64,000 nucleotides of DNA from Desulfosoma sp. (GTDB lineage: Bacteria; Desulfobacterota; Syntrophobacteria; Syntrophobacterales; DSM-9756). This document shows positions 9,463 to 17,933 of the stretch, in pieces. Location: contig JBBFKW010000017.1 in assembly GCA_037481835.1 (NCBI GenBank), positions 52,459-116,458 on the forward strand, written 5' to 3'. The notes beneath the pieces are model-generated. The model worked only from the letters and a program-made list of their open reading frames with translations, did not search any database and was not told the origin of the DNA. The position numbers and the translations under genes were made by a program. Position 1 is the stretch's first letter. Each line of letters starts with the position of its first letter.

Positions 9463-10923
9463 TTATCGTCCCGCCGATTCCACGGGCACGGCCTTCCAGA
9501 AATACGTGTGCACGCCCCGCTGGGGGTCGTGGTATTTTCGCCGAAGATGCAGCTCCACAGGCTGATCCACCCGAATGGACTCCAACGCGCAGTCGGTGAA
9601 ATCCAGCATCATTCGCCCGCCCCCTTGGAAGTCCACGATGCCGTAGATCTGAGGCGGATCCAGCGAAAAGGCCAGGTTGTCTCCCGTGTAGCTGAAGATC
9701 CGAGCCGGCTTGTCCGAAAAGAGGTAGGGTTCCGTCTCGTCCACGGCTTGGCATTCGCCGACGGCACAGATCCTTTGCGGCGGAAACTGCGGGGTGCCGC
9801 ACCGCCGGCACCGAGTGCCCTCCAACCCCAAGATGGCCCGCCGATACCGCCATTGGACCGATAGAGGCGTTTCCGCTTGAAATTCCCCCCGAAGGCCTGT
9901 TTCCACGGGAATGAGCTCCCGGAAGGCCGCCGCTTTTTCATAGGGGGCGAGCATGGCTTTGCGCGCAGCAAGGGCATCGAAAGTCCAGGCGGGCTTAAAA
10001 GAAGGTGCAGCCTCGGTGACGCGGAAATGGAGGACGTCCACGCCGCTTCCGTACCCCACAACGAGGATGTGGGACCCGGGGGAAGCGGATTCCAGCGCCC
10101 TGCACAGCATGAGGAGCGGGTGAGCGGCGCCGGTGTCGCCCACCTGGGCCGCCAAGGGATCGGCGATCCGATCCGGGGCCAAGCCCAGCCTGGCACCGAT
10201 GACGGCATGCTCCCGTGGGTACGGGCAGGGGTATATCACCGTGGAAAAGGCGTCCAGGGGCATCTGGGCTTGAGCGAGATAGTTCTGGACGGCCTTGGGG
10301 ATGAGGGAGAGATACCCTTCGTCACGCATCCAGCGCTCTTCCCAAGACCGAGGGAGCTTCTTCTCGTTTTCCCGAATGGGGCCCGGAAAATCGGCACTGA
10401 GGGAGTAGGACCCGACGAGCTCGGCAAGAATCCCGTCGCGGCCCATGAGGAGCGCCGCGCCGCCGTCGCCGTACAGGAGTTCTTCGGCGCTTCCCATTTT
10501 GGCCCGTCGGGCATCGGAGGCCACGGCCAGGGCCTGGGTCGAAGCGCCGGAAGACACCTGAGCGGCCGCCGCCAGGACGGCCGATGTCCCCGCCCGCGTC
10601 GATCCCGTGACATCCACGGCCAGAGCGCCTTCGGGAAGACTGAGCGCCTCCCGGAGAATCGCCGCATTCTGGCGTTCCGCGTAGGGAAAGTTGGACGATC
10701 CGGCGAAAAGGGCCGTGCAGGCGGACTCGACCCGGAAACGACAGGCATTTCGACCCGCCGCCGCGGCCAGGGTGATGGCGTCTTCGTCCGCCCCGGCCAC
10801 GGCCTTTTCCCCGCCGGCAAGTCCCCATGCGGCGGGGTTGATCCAGGCCATGGCTTTCGCCACCATTTTCCTTTCCAGCCGATATCGCGGCAGATACGCA
10901 CCATAGGCAACAATGCCGACCAT
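9463..10923 (-). CDS. HMG-CoA synthase-like domain fused to DUF35 (zinc ribbon + OB fold)
   Basis: GIVAYGAYLPRYRL, DEDAITL, GDGGAALL, GDTGAA, GYGSG, then CRRCG...PPQRIC...C and an OB-fold end (YFWKAVP). ATG after AAGGAGG. Confidence 0.88.
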   Translation of the reverse strand: MVGIVAYGAYLPRYRLERKMVAKAMAWINPAAWGLAGGEKAVAGADEDAITLAAAAGRNACRFRVESACTALFAGSSNFPYAERQNAAILREALSLPEGALAVDVTGSTRAGTSAVLAAAAQVSSGASTQALAVASDARRAKMGSAEELLYGDGGAALLMGRDGILAELVGSYSLSADFPGPIRENEKKLPRSWEERWMRDEGYLSLIPKAVQNYLAQAQMPLDAFSTVIYPCPYPREHAVIGARLGLAPDRIADPLAAQVGDTGAAHPLLMLCRALESASPGSHILVVGYGSGVDVLHFRVTEAAPSFKPAWTFDALAARKAMLAPYEKAAAFRELIPVETGLRGEFQAETPLSVQWRYRRAILGLEGTRCRRCGTPQFPPQRICAVGECQAVDETEPYLFSDKPARIFSYTGDNLAFSLDPPQIYGIVDFQGGGRMMLDFTDCALESIRVDQPVELHLRRKYHDPQRGVHTYFWKAVPVESAGR

Positions 10924-10971
10924 GGAAACCTCCTTGCTTTCAGGGGAATGGAACCGAGGGACACGCAACCT

Positions 10972-10991
10972 AACCGAGCGCTCGTTCAGTT
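10972..10991. promoter_or_regulatory. Putative TetR-type operator of the beta-oxidation operon
   Basis: AACCGAGCG-CT-CGTTCAGTT imperfect palindrome. A near copy lies at 30350-30369. TTGACA on the minus strand at 11013-11018. Confidence 0.6.
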
Positions 10992-11079
10992 CCTGACAGA
11001 GCCGACGGCTCATGTCAAGCAAAAGATGAAGCTTGGGCGTGAGGTCGCTCTCGAGTTAAACTGGTTTCGTTGCCTTTGT

Positions 11080-11232
11080 ATATGAAAGTCGCCTTCGAAA
11101 TCTGAAAGGGCAGGACTTTCCTGGTTCGTTGTCTCGCCGGATATGGATCCGGGTTGGGGTTCGCTGTGCTCACCCCAACCTACGAGTTTATTCAACGAGA
11201 CTTTCATCCTTCGTCGTCTCGCCCCGCGCGAT
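11080..11232. repeat. Dispersed intergenic repeat, copies 2 and 3, flanking a GTAG-type REP hairpin
   Basis: Matches 5510-5585. The segment 11153-11183 reads GTAGGTTGGGGTGAGCACAGCGAACCCCAAC on the minus strand (GTAG head plus GTTGGGGT/ACCCCAAC stem). Confidence 0.75.
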
Positions 11233-11544
11233 GGGGGGTATTGCTGGCTCGGACCGAGACGGCGGTCCTAGTGCCCGCCGGTTCGCGGCGAACGATGGGG
11301 AAGGCCTCTCATGGGCGAAGGAGCAATGGGGGGTGCAGTCTTCGGGGGCGCTGAGCTCACCTCAGCGGCCCTCTCGATCCATCGCGCTGAGAATTGGACG
11401 GGGCCGACGCAGCCGTGATTTTCGCGGCCGGGGATAAAGCCCGCCCCTGCCGTGAAAGGCTTCCCCCATCTCCCGAGCGCGACTCATCGCCATGATGGAT
11501 GGGGCAGTGCGGTTTTCATTGGAAAGGGCTTGAAGGACGAATCC

Positions 11545-12072
11545 ATGAGCATGAAAACTCTCAAGAGCCCCGGTCCGCCGGATCCGGCCCGGCACGTGCT
11601 CCAGGCCTGTCGGCTCTATGAAGAAATCGGAGACGACATCCTGGCGGACACCGAGCTCGCCCGGGCTCTGAAACGATACCGATCCGCTATCCAGGAAACG
11701 CGGGCCGCTTTTGCCCGCGCGGGCGTTTTTGACGCCTGCAGCGCTTGCGCCGCCCATGTCTTCGGGGGATGTTGCTTTCCCGACATGGAATGGAACTACA
11801 CGGTGGTCCATCTCCTCATCAACCGGCTGCTGGGCTGCAAACTCCCCACTCGGCACGCCTATGCCGACCAATGTCTCTTTCTGGGCGACAAGGGCTGCCT
11901 GCTTACGGCCAAAAACCATTTCTGCCTCAATTACTTTTGCCAGGACATCCAGAGAAACCTGGGCCCCACCACCCTGAAGGCCCTTCTCCAGATCGTCGGC
12001 CGGGAAATCATGGCGGGCTGGGAAGTGGAACTGCTCCTCCTCCACCGTTACCGGTCCGAAATCTTTGTCTAG
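11545..12072 (+). CDS. Hypothetical Cys-cluster protein (CxxC..CC, YkgJ-like)
   Basis: CSAC....GGCC...CLFLGDKGCLL......CLNYFC pattern. ATG after GAAGGA. Confidence 0.7.
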   Translation: MSMKTLKSPGPPDPARHVLQACRLYEEIGDDILADTELARALKRYRSAIQETRAAFARAGVFDACSACAAHVFGGCCFPDMEWNYTVVHLLINRLLGCKLPTRHAYADQCLFLGDKGCLLTAKNHFCLNYFCQDIQRNLGPTTLKALLQIVGREIMAGWEVELLLLHRYRSEIFV

Positions 12073-12099
12073 TGTGCCTGGACAACTATTTCCCGCCCC

Positions 12100-12714
12100 A
12101 AGGAAAAGTATCGCCTCGTCGTTCGATTCTATGAAATCCACGTCGAAGAAAAAGACGGCACGGCGGTAAGGCTTTCCTGGGAGCTCAAGGATGAGCAGAG
12201 GCTTCAGAAGCGATTTTCCGGTCGTTACCGGATTCGATCTTCACGAACGGATCTTTCGGACAAGGAGCTTTGGGATCTCTACAACATGCTGACCCAGCTG
12301 GAGGACTCCTTCCGCAGCCTCAAGCACGAGCTTTCCTTGCGCCCGGTCTATCATCGTGTGTCACGGCGGATCCAAGGGCACCTTTTCATCACCGTCCTCG
12401 CCTACCACCTGCTGTGCGTCATCCAGAGAAAGCTTCACCAACGCGGAATTCGCCACCACTGGACCACGTTGCGAACGCACCTGAGCGGGCAGGTCCGCGT
12501 GACGACCACCACGGTCAACGACAAGGGTCAGGTCATCCATATCCGACACACTTCGGAGCCGGAGCCGGTTCACGTGGGTATTTACAAGGCCCTCGAACTG
12601 CCGGTTCGGCCGTTGAGAAGGCTCACGAAAATCGAGTGAAAAATCTGTAGTGTAGAATTTGAAATCACATCTCAGCAAAATCAAAATCTTACGCACAAAA
12701 GTGACAAACTTGGG
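12100..12714 (+). mobile_element. IS1634-family insertion sequence remnant (3' part of transposase plus probable right end)
   Basis: Frame 12100-12639 reads KEKY...GRYRIRSSRTDLSDKELWDLYNMLTQLEDSFRSLKHELSLRPVYH...GHLFITVLAYHLL. An AT-rich tail ends GTGACAAACTTGGG at 12714. No 5' half and no left end were found. Confidence 0.85.
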
Positions 12715-12715
12715 T

Positions 12716-12844
12716 TACGACTTTTCCCGCGGCGAGACCCTCATTCGGGTGGGATACGACGCGGCTTCTTCCTTTTTTGCCCGGCTGGATGTGATCGGCC
12801 CGGGCGTTTACGGATCTCCCCATTCCCATGGAAAAGAACCATGA
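12716..12844 (+). pseudogene. Possible C-terminal remnant of a patatin-like phospholipase gene
   Basis: Directly after the IS end the frame reads YDFSRGETLIRVGYDAA...stop, resembling the patatin/RssA tail (compare SDFHLFDQSLQAGHEA in 62986-63939). Confidence 0.4.
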
Positions 12845-12985
12845 TTACACAAAGAGCATTTGCATCGCAGTACATATCGTTGAAATGTGCGCTCGTGACG
12901 GGTTGGATCGTTCCCCCAGGATAACGCCGAAGGGAGCCCCCTGATCGAGTCAATTCGTGCACGGAACGGAAGCGAGGAGTTCACC

Positions 12986-15900
12986 ATGTCCTTTGATCCC
13001 CGAGAGTGGGTGCGGATGGACTGGGAAGCCGCACCCATCTACGTTCGACCGGATCCCCCCTGCTGGTTCGTCCCCAACGGGATGGGAGACCGCCTTCTTC
13101 AAGAAGCCTTGACAAAGCCAGACATTCCCCTGACCCAAGACGCGGCCCGCTTCTGGCGGCGCCTTCCCGAGTCGTCCCCGTCCCGCTATGCGGGTCGAGC
13201 GGAGATACTCAAACCGCATCGTCTGAAGGAATTCTGGATCCATCTCACCGACCGGTGCAACCTGGCGTGCCGGCATTGTCTTTTCGCCTCCTCGCCCTCC
13301 CGGGCCCGGGAGCTGCCGGCGGACCGGGTGCTGGAAGCCGCCCGCCAGGCGCATGAACTGGGATGCCGCCTTTTTGCCCTCACCGGCGGCGAGCCCTTCG
13401 TTCACCCCCACATCCACCGCATCCTCCAAGGCCTGCTGGCCCTTCCCGACGCCCACGTGGCGGTGCTCACCAACGGCCTGGCCGCCCGGTCCGTCCTGGA
13501 AAAGCTCCCGTGGGATCCCGAACGGATCCATCTGCAGGTGAGTCTGGACGGGCTGGAAGAAAGCCACGACGCCCTGCGCGGCAAGGGAACGTTTGCGAAA
13601 ACCTTGAGGGAACTCCGGGCGCTCTCCCGCATGGGAATTCCCTTCACCCTTTCCATGTGCCCCACCCGCTCCAACTTATCCGATGTGCCGCACATGGCGG
13701 ATGCGGCACGGGACGCGGGCGCGTCCAACATCCACTTCATGTGGTACTTCGTGCGGGGGCGTGCCGTTTCAAAGGAATTCGTGCCTCCGGATGAACTCTT
13801 GGACGCGGTGCGCTGCGCCGTGGAGCGCGCCGAAGATTCGGGTGTCTCGGTGGACAACGTTCAGGCGCTGGCTACCCAGGTCTTTTCCCCCCCGGGAACC
13901 CGCTACGACGGCGGCGGCGCGGCCTGGGAATCCCTGGCCCTGGGACCCGACGGAAACCTCTATCCGTCCGCGGCCCTGGTGGACGTCCCCGAACTGGCCA
14001 TGCCTTGGCCCCGGGGCCTGGAAAGGGCCTGGAAGGACAGCCCCGTCTTCGAGCGCATCCGGCAGGAAACGGCGGCGCGGCTCGATCATCCGCTTCGCTT
14101 CCTCCTGGGAGGGGGCGATCCCGATCACAGCTACCTGGCGGCAGGCCGGTTCGTGGGAGCCGATCCCTACTTGGAGCTCCATCAGAAACTGGCCCTCTGG
14201 CTCATCGCCCGTCGTGCCCCCCGGTCCGTCGTCACCAGCCGGCCGGCCCTTCGCCTCAAGATGGGGGACATCCTTCAGAGCTGCGGAAGCGGAGAGCACG
14301 GCGTCTCCTTCGTCCATTCCAATTGCCTGCTCGCTCTTGCCTCCCCGTCGAGCCTTTCCGTCGTTCGGGACTTCTATTCCGACGCCGCGGCCCGTCCCAA
14401 GTTGGACATCCTCAATCCGGTGACCTATCCCGAGGCATGGACGGCTCACATCCCTGAAGAATACCGGTTTCGCGGCTACGGGTGCGGCAATCCCGTGGTG
14501 GATGCGGCTCTTCAAGAGGGCGAGACCGTGGTGGACCTGGGCTGCGGAAGCGGTGTGGAATGCTTCATGGCGGCCAAGCAGGTGGGACCGGACGGTCGCG
14601 TGATCGGGATCGACATGCTGGAAGCCATGTTGAAACGCGCCCGGGCGGGAGCCCGCGCCACGGCCGAGCGGCTGGGCTACGACAACATGACCTTCCTCCA
14701 TTCCCTCCTGGAAAGCCTTCCCCTGGACGATCACACCGCGGACGTGGTGCTTTCCAACTGCGTGCTCAACCTTTCCAGCGACAAGCGCCGCGCCTTCCGG
14801 GAGATCCACCGCATCCTCCGCCCCGGCGGCCGCCTGGCGGTTTCCGACGTGGTCTGCGACACCGACCCGGATCCGGCCATCCGAAACGATCCCGTGCTCC
14901 ACGGGGAATGCATCGGCGGCGCGCTCACCCAGCGGGACCTGGTGGGGATCCTGGAAGAATCCGGCTTCCGGGCGGTTCGCTTTCTCAAGAGGTTTCCCTA
15001 CCGCACGGTTCGCGGCCACCGGTTTTACAGCCTCACCTTCGAAGCTCGGAAAGAAACCGACGCAGACGCCGTCCCTGTCCTCTATCCGGGACCCTTTGCG
15101 GCCGTCCAAACCTTCGGGGGAACCGTGCTCACTCCCGGACCGGTGCACCGCATCCCGCAATGGGAAGCCCAGATCCTGGAAGACCAGCTCTGGATCCTGG
15201 ACGATGGGGGAGCCGTGACGAACCGGGAACGCGAAAGCTGCTGCGCCTGCGCCGCGCCGGAAGACCAGCCGGCCGCGGATCCCGCTTCGGCCCCTTGGCA
15301 CGTTCCGGGCCCAGCCGGCCGAAAGACCGGCCAAAGCATTCCGCTTCGGCGCCGTTCCGGCTGCATGGTCTGCGGCGAGCCGCTTTCCTACGAATCTTCG
15401 GAAACCCTGGAAACGTGCATCTACTGCGAAGGCCGCTTCCTTTCGTCGGCCCGCTGCCTCAAGGGCCATTTCGTCTGCGACGCGTGCCATTCCCGGGACG
15501 CTCTCGCGGTGATCGAGCACCTCTGCCTTTCTTCCACGGAAACCGACCTCATCGCCCTCATGGACAAAATCCGCCGCCATCCGGCCATGCCGGTCCACGG
15601 GCCCGAACACCACGCCCTGGTGCCCGCCGTGGTGGTAACCGCGTACCGCAATGCCGGCGGACCGGTGGACGAGGAGGCCATCCGTTCCGCCCTTCGCCGC
15701 GGTTCCCGCGTTCCCGGAGGATCCTGCGGGTTCATGGGCTGCTGCGGAGCGGCCGTGGGTGTGGGGATCGCCTTTTCGATCCTCCTGGAAGCCAATCCGG
15801 TCAAGGGACCGGAACGGCGCCTGGCCCAGCAGGCGACCCAGCAGGCCCTGGCGGACATCGCCTCCCTGGACGCCGCCCGATGTTGCCAGAGGGATTCCTG

Positions 15901-16072
15901 GATCGCTCTCAAGAAGGCGGCCGAACTTTCCGCCCAAATCCTGGATCGCCCCCTCCACGCCAACCACACCCTCAAGTGCCGACAGCAGGCGAAAAACCGC
16001 GAATGCTCGGGCGCCCGATGCCCGGTGCTCAGAAGCCTCAACGGACGCGCCGGCCAGGGGCTTTCGGCATGA
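12986..16072 (+). CDS. Radical SAM / ArsM-like SAM methyltransferase / Cys-rich (DUF5714-like) multidomain protein
   Basis: [19 protein letters not shown]; then [43 protein letters not shown]; then [46 protein letters not shown]. Confidence 0.9.
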   Translation: MSFDPREWVRMDWEAAPIYVRPDPPCWFVPNGMGDRLLQEALTKPDIPLTQDAARFWRRLPESSPSRYAGRAEILKPHRLKEFWIHLTDRCNLACRHCLFASSPSRARELPADRVLEAARQAHELGCRLFALTGGEPFVHPHIHRILQGLLALPDAHVAVLTNGLAARSVLEKLPWDPERIHLQVSLDGLEESHDALRGKGTFAKTLRELRALSRMGIPFTLSMCPTRSNLSDVPHMADAARDAGASNIHFMWYFVRGRAVSKEFVPPDELLDAVRCAVERAEDSGVSVDNVQALATQVFSPPGTRYDGGGAAWESLALGPDGNLYPSAALVDVPELAMPWPRGLERAWKDSPVFERIRQETAARLDHPLRFLLGGGDPDHSYLAAGRFVGADPYLELHQKLALWLIARRAPRSVVTSRPALRLKMGDILQSCGSGEHGVSFVHSNCLLALASPSSLSVVRDFYSDAAARPKLDILNPVTYPEAWTAHIPEEYRFRGYGCGNPVVDAALQEGETVVDLGCGSGVECFMAAKQVGPDGRVIGIDMLEAMLKRARAGARATAERLGYDNMTFLHSLLESLPLDDHTADVVLSNCVLNLSSDKRRAFREIHRILRPGGRLAVSDVVCDTDPDPAIRNDPVLHGECIGGALTQRDLVGILEESGFRAVRFLKRFPYRTVRGHRFYSLTFEARKETDADAVPVLYPGPFAAVQTFGGTVLTPGPVHRIPQWEAQILEDQLWILDDGGAVTNRERESCCACAAPEDQPAADPASAPWHVPGPAGRKTGQSIPLRRRSGCMVCGEPLSYESSETLETCIYCEGRFLSSARCLKGHFVCDACHSRDALAVIEHLCLSSTETDLIALMDKIRRHPAMPVHGPEHHALVPAVVVTAYRNAGGPVDEEAIRSALRRGSRVPGGSCGFMGCCGAAVGVGIAFSILLEANPVKGPERRLAQQATQQALADIASLDAARCCQRDSWIALKKAAELSAQILDRPLHANHTLKCRQQAKNRECSGARCPVLRSLNGRAGQGLSA

Positions 16073-16078
16073 GAGGAG

Positions 16079-16113
16079 GGATGAGTGATGGGGGATGGGT
16101 GATGAGTGAGAGG
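16079..16113. repeat. Heptamer tandem microrepeat
   Basis: GGATGAG TGATGGG GGATGGG TGATGAG TGAGAGG. Confidence 0.6.
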
Positions 16114-16272
16114 GAGCGCCGCGGGGTGCGATTTTCTTTGAGTGGCGCCATGCGGTTGTGACATTGCGGGCCATCTCCGTTGCGGTTTGCGCCGCTCCCA
16201 CAAGGGACAGAACCGAAGGTTGTTTTCACCACATAAGATGTCGCGCTCCCTCGTTCTTGCTCACGATACTTT

Positions 16273-16300
16273 CTTTGCGCCTTTGCGTCTTTGCGCGAGA
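16273..16300. repeat. Octamer tandem microrepeat
   Basis: CTTTGCGC CTTTGCGT CTTTGCGC GAGA. Confidence 0.65.
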
Positions 16301-16358
16301 CCTTTTTGGCCTCCCGCCAAGCCGCGACTTTCTTTCACGTTCATCGAGGACGGAGAAG

Positions 16359-17909
16359 ATGAGAGACTCCGCACAAAGGTCTACGGTGTTGGAGCCATGG
16401 GATGAGGCGAACCGGGAGCTGGCTTCTCTCATCCGCCCCGCGCACTGGAGGAACCCCGCGCCCGCGCCCCGCTACAACCTGGTGGTCATCGGGGCGGGGA
16501 CCGCGGGGCTGGTGACCGCGGCCGGGGCCGCGGGACTGGGAGCCAAGGTGGCCCTGGTGGAAAGGCACCTTCTCGGCGGAGACTGCCTCAATGTGGGGTG
16601 CGTGCCTTCCAAGGCGCTTCTGGCGGCCTCCCGCGCCGCCGCCGCGGTCCGGGATGCTCACCGCTTCGGGATTCATGTGCCGGAAGGGGTCCGGGTGGAT
16701 TTTCCAAGGGTCATGGAGCGCATGCGCCGCCTGCGGGCATCCATCGCCCCCAACGATTCCGCCCGGCGCCTCACGGAACTGGGCGTTGACGTCTTTTTCG
16801 GAAACGCCCGCTTCATGGATTCGGAAACGGTGGATGTGGACGGAACACGGCTCCGGTTTCAGAAGGCCGTGATCGCCACCGGAGCCCGGGCCGCCGCTCC
16901 GGCCATCCCCGGCCTGGACCGGGTGCCCTACCTCACCAACGAGACGCTCTTTTCGCTCACCGAACTTCCCCGGCGGTTCGGCATCATCGGAGCCGGCCCC
17001 ATCGGCTGCGAGATGTCCCAAGCCTTCGCCCGCTTCGGGTCCAAGGTTTTTCTGGTCGAAGCCATGCACGGGATTCTTCCCCGGGAGGACCCGGACGCAT
17101 CCGCCATCGTCTGGAAGGCCATGGAGACCGACGGTGTGGAACTCCTTTGCTGCGGGCAGGACCTGGTTCTGGAGCCGGGCCAAGACGGCTCCGCGGTCAT
17201 GCAGCTCCATTCCCACGGGCGCACGACCCGCGTGGAGGTGGACCGGGTTCTGGTGGCGGTGGGGAGGGCTCCCAATCTGGAAGATTTGGACCTGGATCGC
17301 GTGGGGGTGGCCGCCACGCCCAAAGGCGTCGTCGTGGACGATCACCTTCGGACCACCAACCCCAGGATCTATGCGGCCGGCGACGTCTGTTCCCCCTATC
17401 AGTTCACCCACGCGGCCGACTTCATGGCGCGCCTCGTCATCCAAAACGCCCTCTTTTGGGGCCGGGCCAAGGCGAGCGCCCTCACCATCCCCTGGTGCAC
17501 CTACACGGACCCGGAAATCGCCCATGTGGGCCTCTATGAAAGGGACGCCCGGGCCCGCGGCTGGGAGCTTCAGACCATCACCCTGCCCCTTTCCCATGTG
17601 GACCGGGCCGTCCTGGAAGGCCGGGCCGAAGGGTTGGTTCGGGTTCATGTTCGAAAGGGAACCGACCGGATCGTGGGGGCCACCATCGTGGCACCCAACG
17701 CCGGAGATATGATCGGGGAGCTGAGTCTGGCCATGACCCACCGGATCGGCCTTCGGGGCCTGGCCGCCGCCATCCACCCCTACCCCACCGTGGGAGAAGC
17801 CCTGCGCAAGGTGGGCGATCTTTACAACCGATCCCGGCTCACGCCGCGGATGAAAAAGTTGGTCGCCCAAATCCTGGCCTGGCGTCGAGGAAAGCGGCAC
17901 TGGAGCTGA
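16359..17909 (+). CDS. FAD-dependent pyridine nucleotide-disulfide oxidoreductase (LpdA/MerA-like, not true MerA)
   Basis: VIGAGTAG, GGDCLNVGCVPSK redox disulfide, IGAGPIGCE, IYAAGD, IHPYPT. No C-terminal CC pair and no N-terminal HMA domain. Confidence 0.92.
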   Translation: MRDSAQRSTVLEPWDEANRELASLIRPAHWRNPAPAPRYNLVVIGAGTAGLVTAAGAAGLGAKVALVERHLLGGDCLNVGCVPSKALLAASRAAAAVRDAHRFGIHVPEGVRVDFPRVMERMRRLRASIAPNDSARRLTELGVDVFFGNARFMDSETVDVDGTRLRFQKAVIATGARAAAPAIPGLDRVPYLTNETLFSLTELPRRFGIIGAGPIGCEMSQAFARFGSKVFLVEAMHGILPREDPDASAIVWKAMETDGVELLCCGQDLVLEPGQDGSAVMQLHSHGRTTRVEVDRVLVAVGRAPNLEDLDLDRVGVAATPKGVVVDDHLRTTNPRIYAAGDVCSPYQFTHAADFMARLVIQNALFWGRAKASALTIPWCTYTDPEIAHVGLYERDARARGWELQTITLPLSHVDRAVLEGRAEGLVRVHVRKGTDRIVGATIVAPNAGDMIGELSLAMTHRIGLRGLAAAIHPYPTVGEALRKVGDLYNRSRLTPRMKKLVAQILAWRRGKRHWS

Positions 17910-17933
17910 AGGATTTCCAATCCGCCGGGCGGA

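Noticed and set aside
12070..12100. TAG stop of the Cys-cluster gene is in frame with the transposase fragment (possible read-through or pyrrolysine fusion)
   Set aside because: A one-in-three coincidence at a rearrangement junction. The transposase lacks most of its DDE domain and no pyl genes are in the window.
13769..16201. Long antisense or alternative-frame ORFs (810 aa here; also 42174-44603, 49010-50881, 55392-57557 and others)
   Set aside because: Shadow ORFs expected in high-GC coding DNA. They carry no recognisable motifs and overlap well-supported genes.
16359..17909. Calling this gene merA
   Set aside because: No C-terminal Cys-Cys, no NmerA domain and no merT/merP/merR neighbours.
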